Shown one piece after another: positions 63,933 through 64,000 of a DNA stretch of 64,000 nucleotides. The DNA comes from Bugula neritina (lineage: Eukaryota > Animalia > Bryozoa). A program made the translations under genes and the position numbers. Below the pieces are notes generated by a model. It saw only the letters and a program-made list of their open reading frames with translations, was not told where the DNA came from and made no database searches. The stretch spans positions 23,745,504-23,809,503 of the forward strand of contig OZ037765.1 in assembly GCA_964035545.1 (NCBI GenBank), given 5' to 3'. How positions within the stretch are numbered: the stretch's first letter is position 1; each line of letters opens with the position of its first letter.

Positions 63933-64000
63933 ATGTCTTTAATGAAAATTTCCGACATCAAGTTTGATCATCTATTCGCTGGAATATGTGGAGGAGTTGT
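63933..64000 (+). CDS. SLC25A32: Mitochondrial carrier, folate/FAD transporter-like, N-terminal fragment (runs off right edge)
   Basis: MSLMKISDIKFDHLFAGICGGV resembles the first helix of the mitochondrial folate carrier (..KYEHLxAGxSGGV). Acceptor TTTTGCAG at ~63877. Confidence 0.7.
   Translation, partial: MSLMKISDIKFDHLFAGICGGV

Overview
AT-rich eukaryotic (metazoan, probably a non-model invertebrate such as a lophotrochozoan; taxon is inferred) genomic DNA with compact GT-AG introns. Hand-splicing gives nine genes: SK/KCNN Ca-activated K+ channel (-, 5' part only), VPS33B (-), CCDC62-like (+), RNF216/TRIAD3-like RBR E3 ligase (+), a CPYC glutaredoxin (+), ASPSCR1/TUG (-), a clan-2 cytochrome P450 (+), ATP6V1H (-) and the start of an SLC25A32-like carrier (+). 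Introns and spacers hold several non-autonomous DNA transposons (one nested), two copies of a tRNA-derived SINE, and mini/microsatellites. The most unusual signal is non-coding. Almost every promoter is flanked by 0.3-0.9 kb strand-symmetric tracts with 3/6-nt periodicity that share a vocabulary of words, including six exact copies of TAACTATAAGTATAA. In or near these tracts are near-perfect fold-back duplications and a filler insertion, suggesting a promoter-localised template-switch/repair process or an undescribed regulatory element. The RNF216-like gene is also odd: the RBR is at the N-terminus, a long SIM-bearing tail follows, and no canonical exon for the end of RING1 is visible. Exon coordinates were read by eye and may be off by a base or two.
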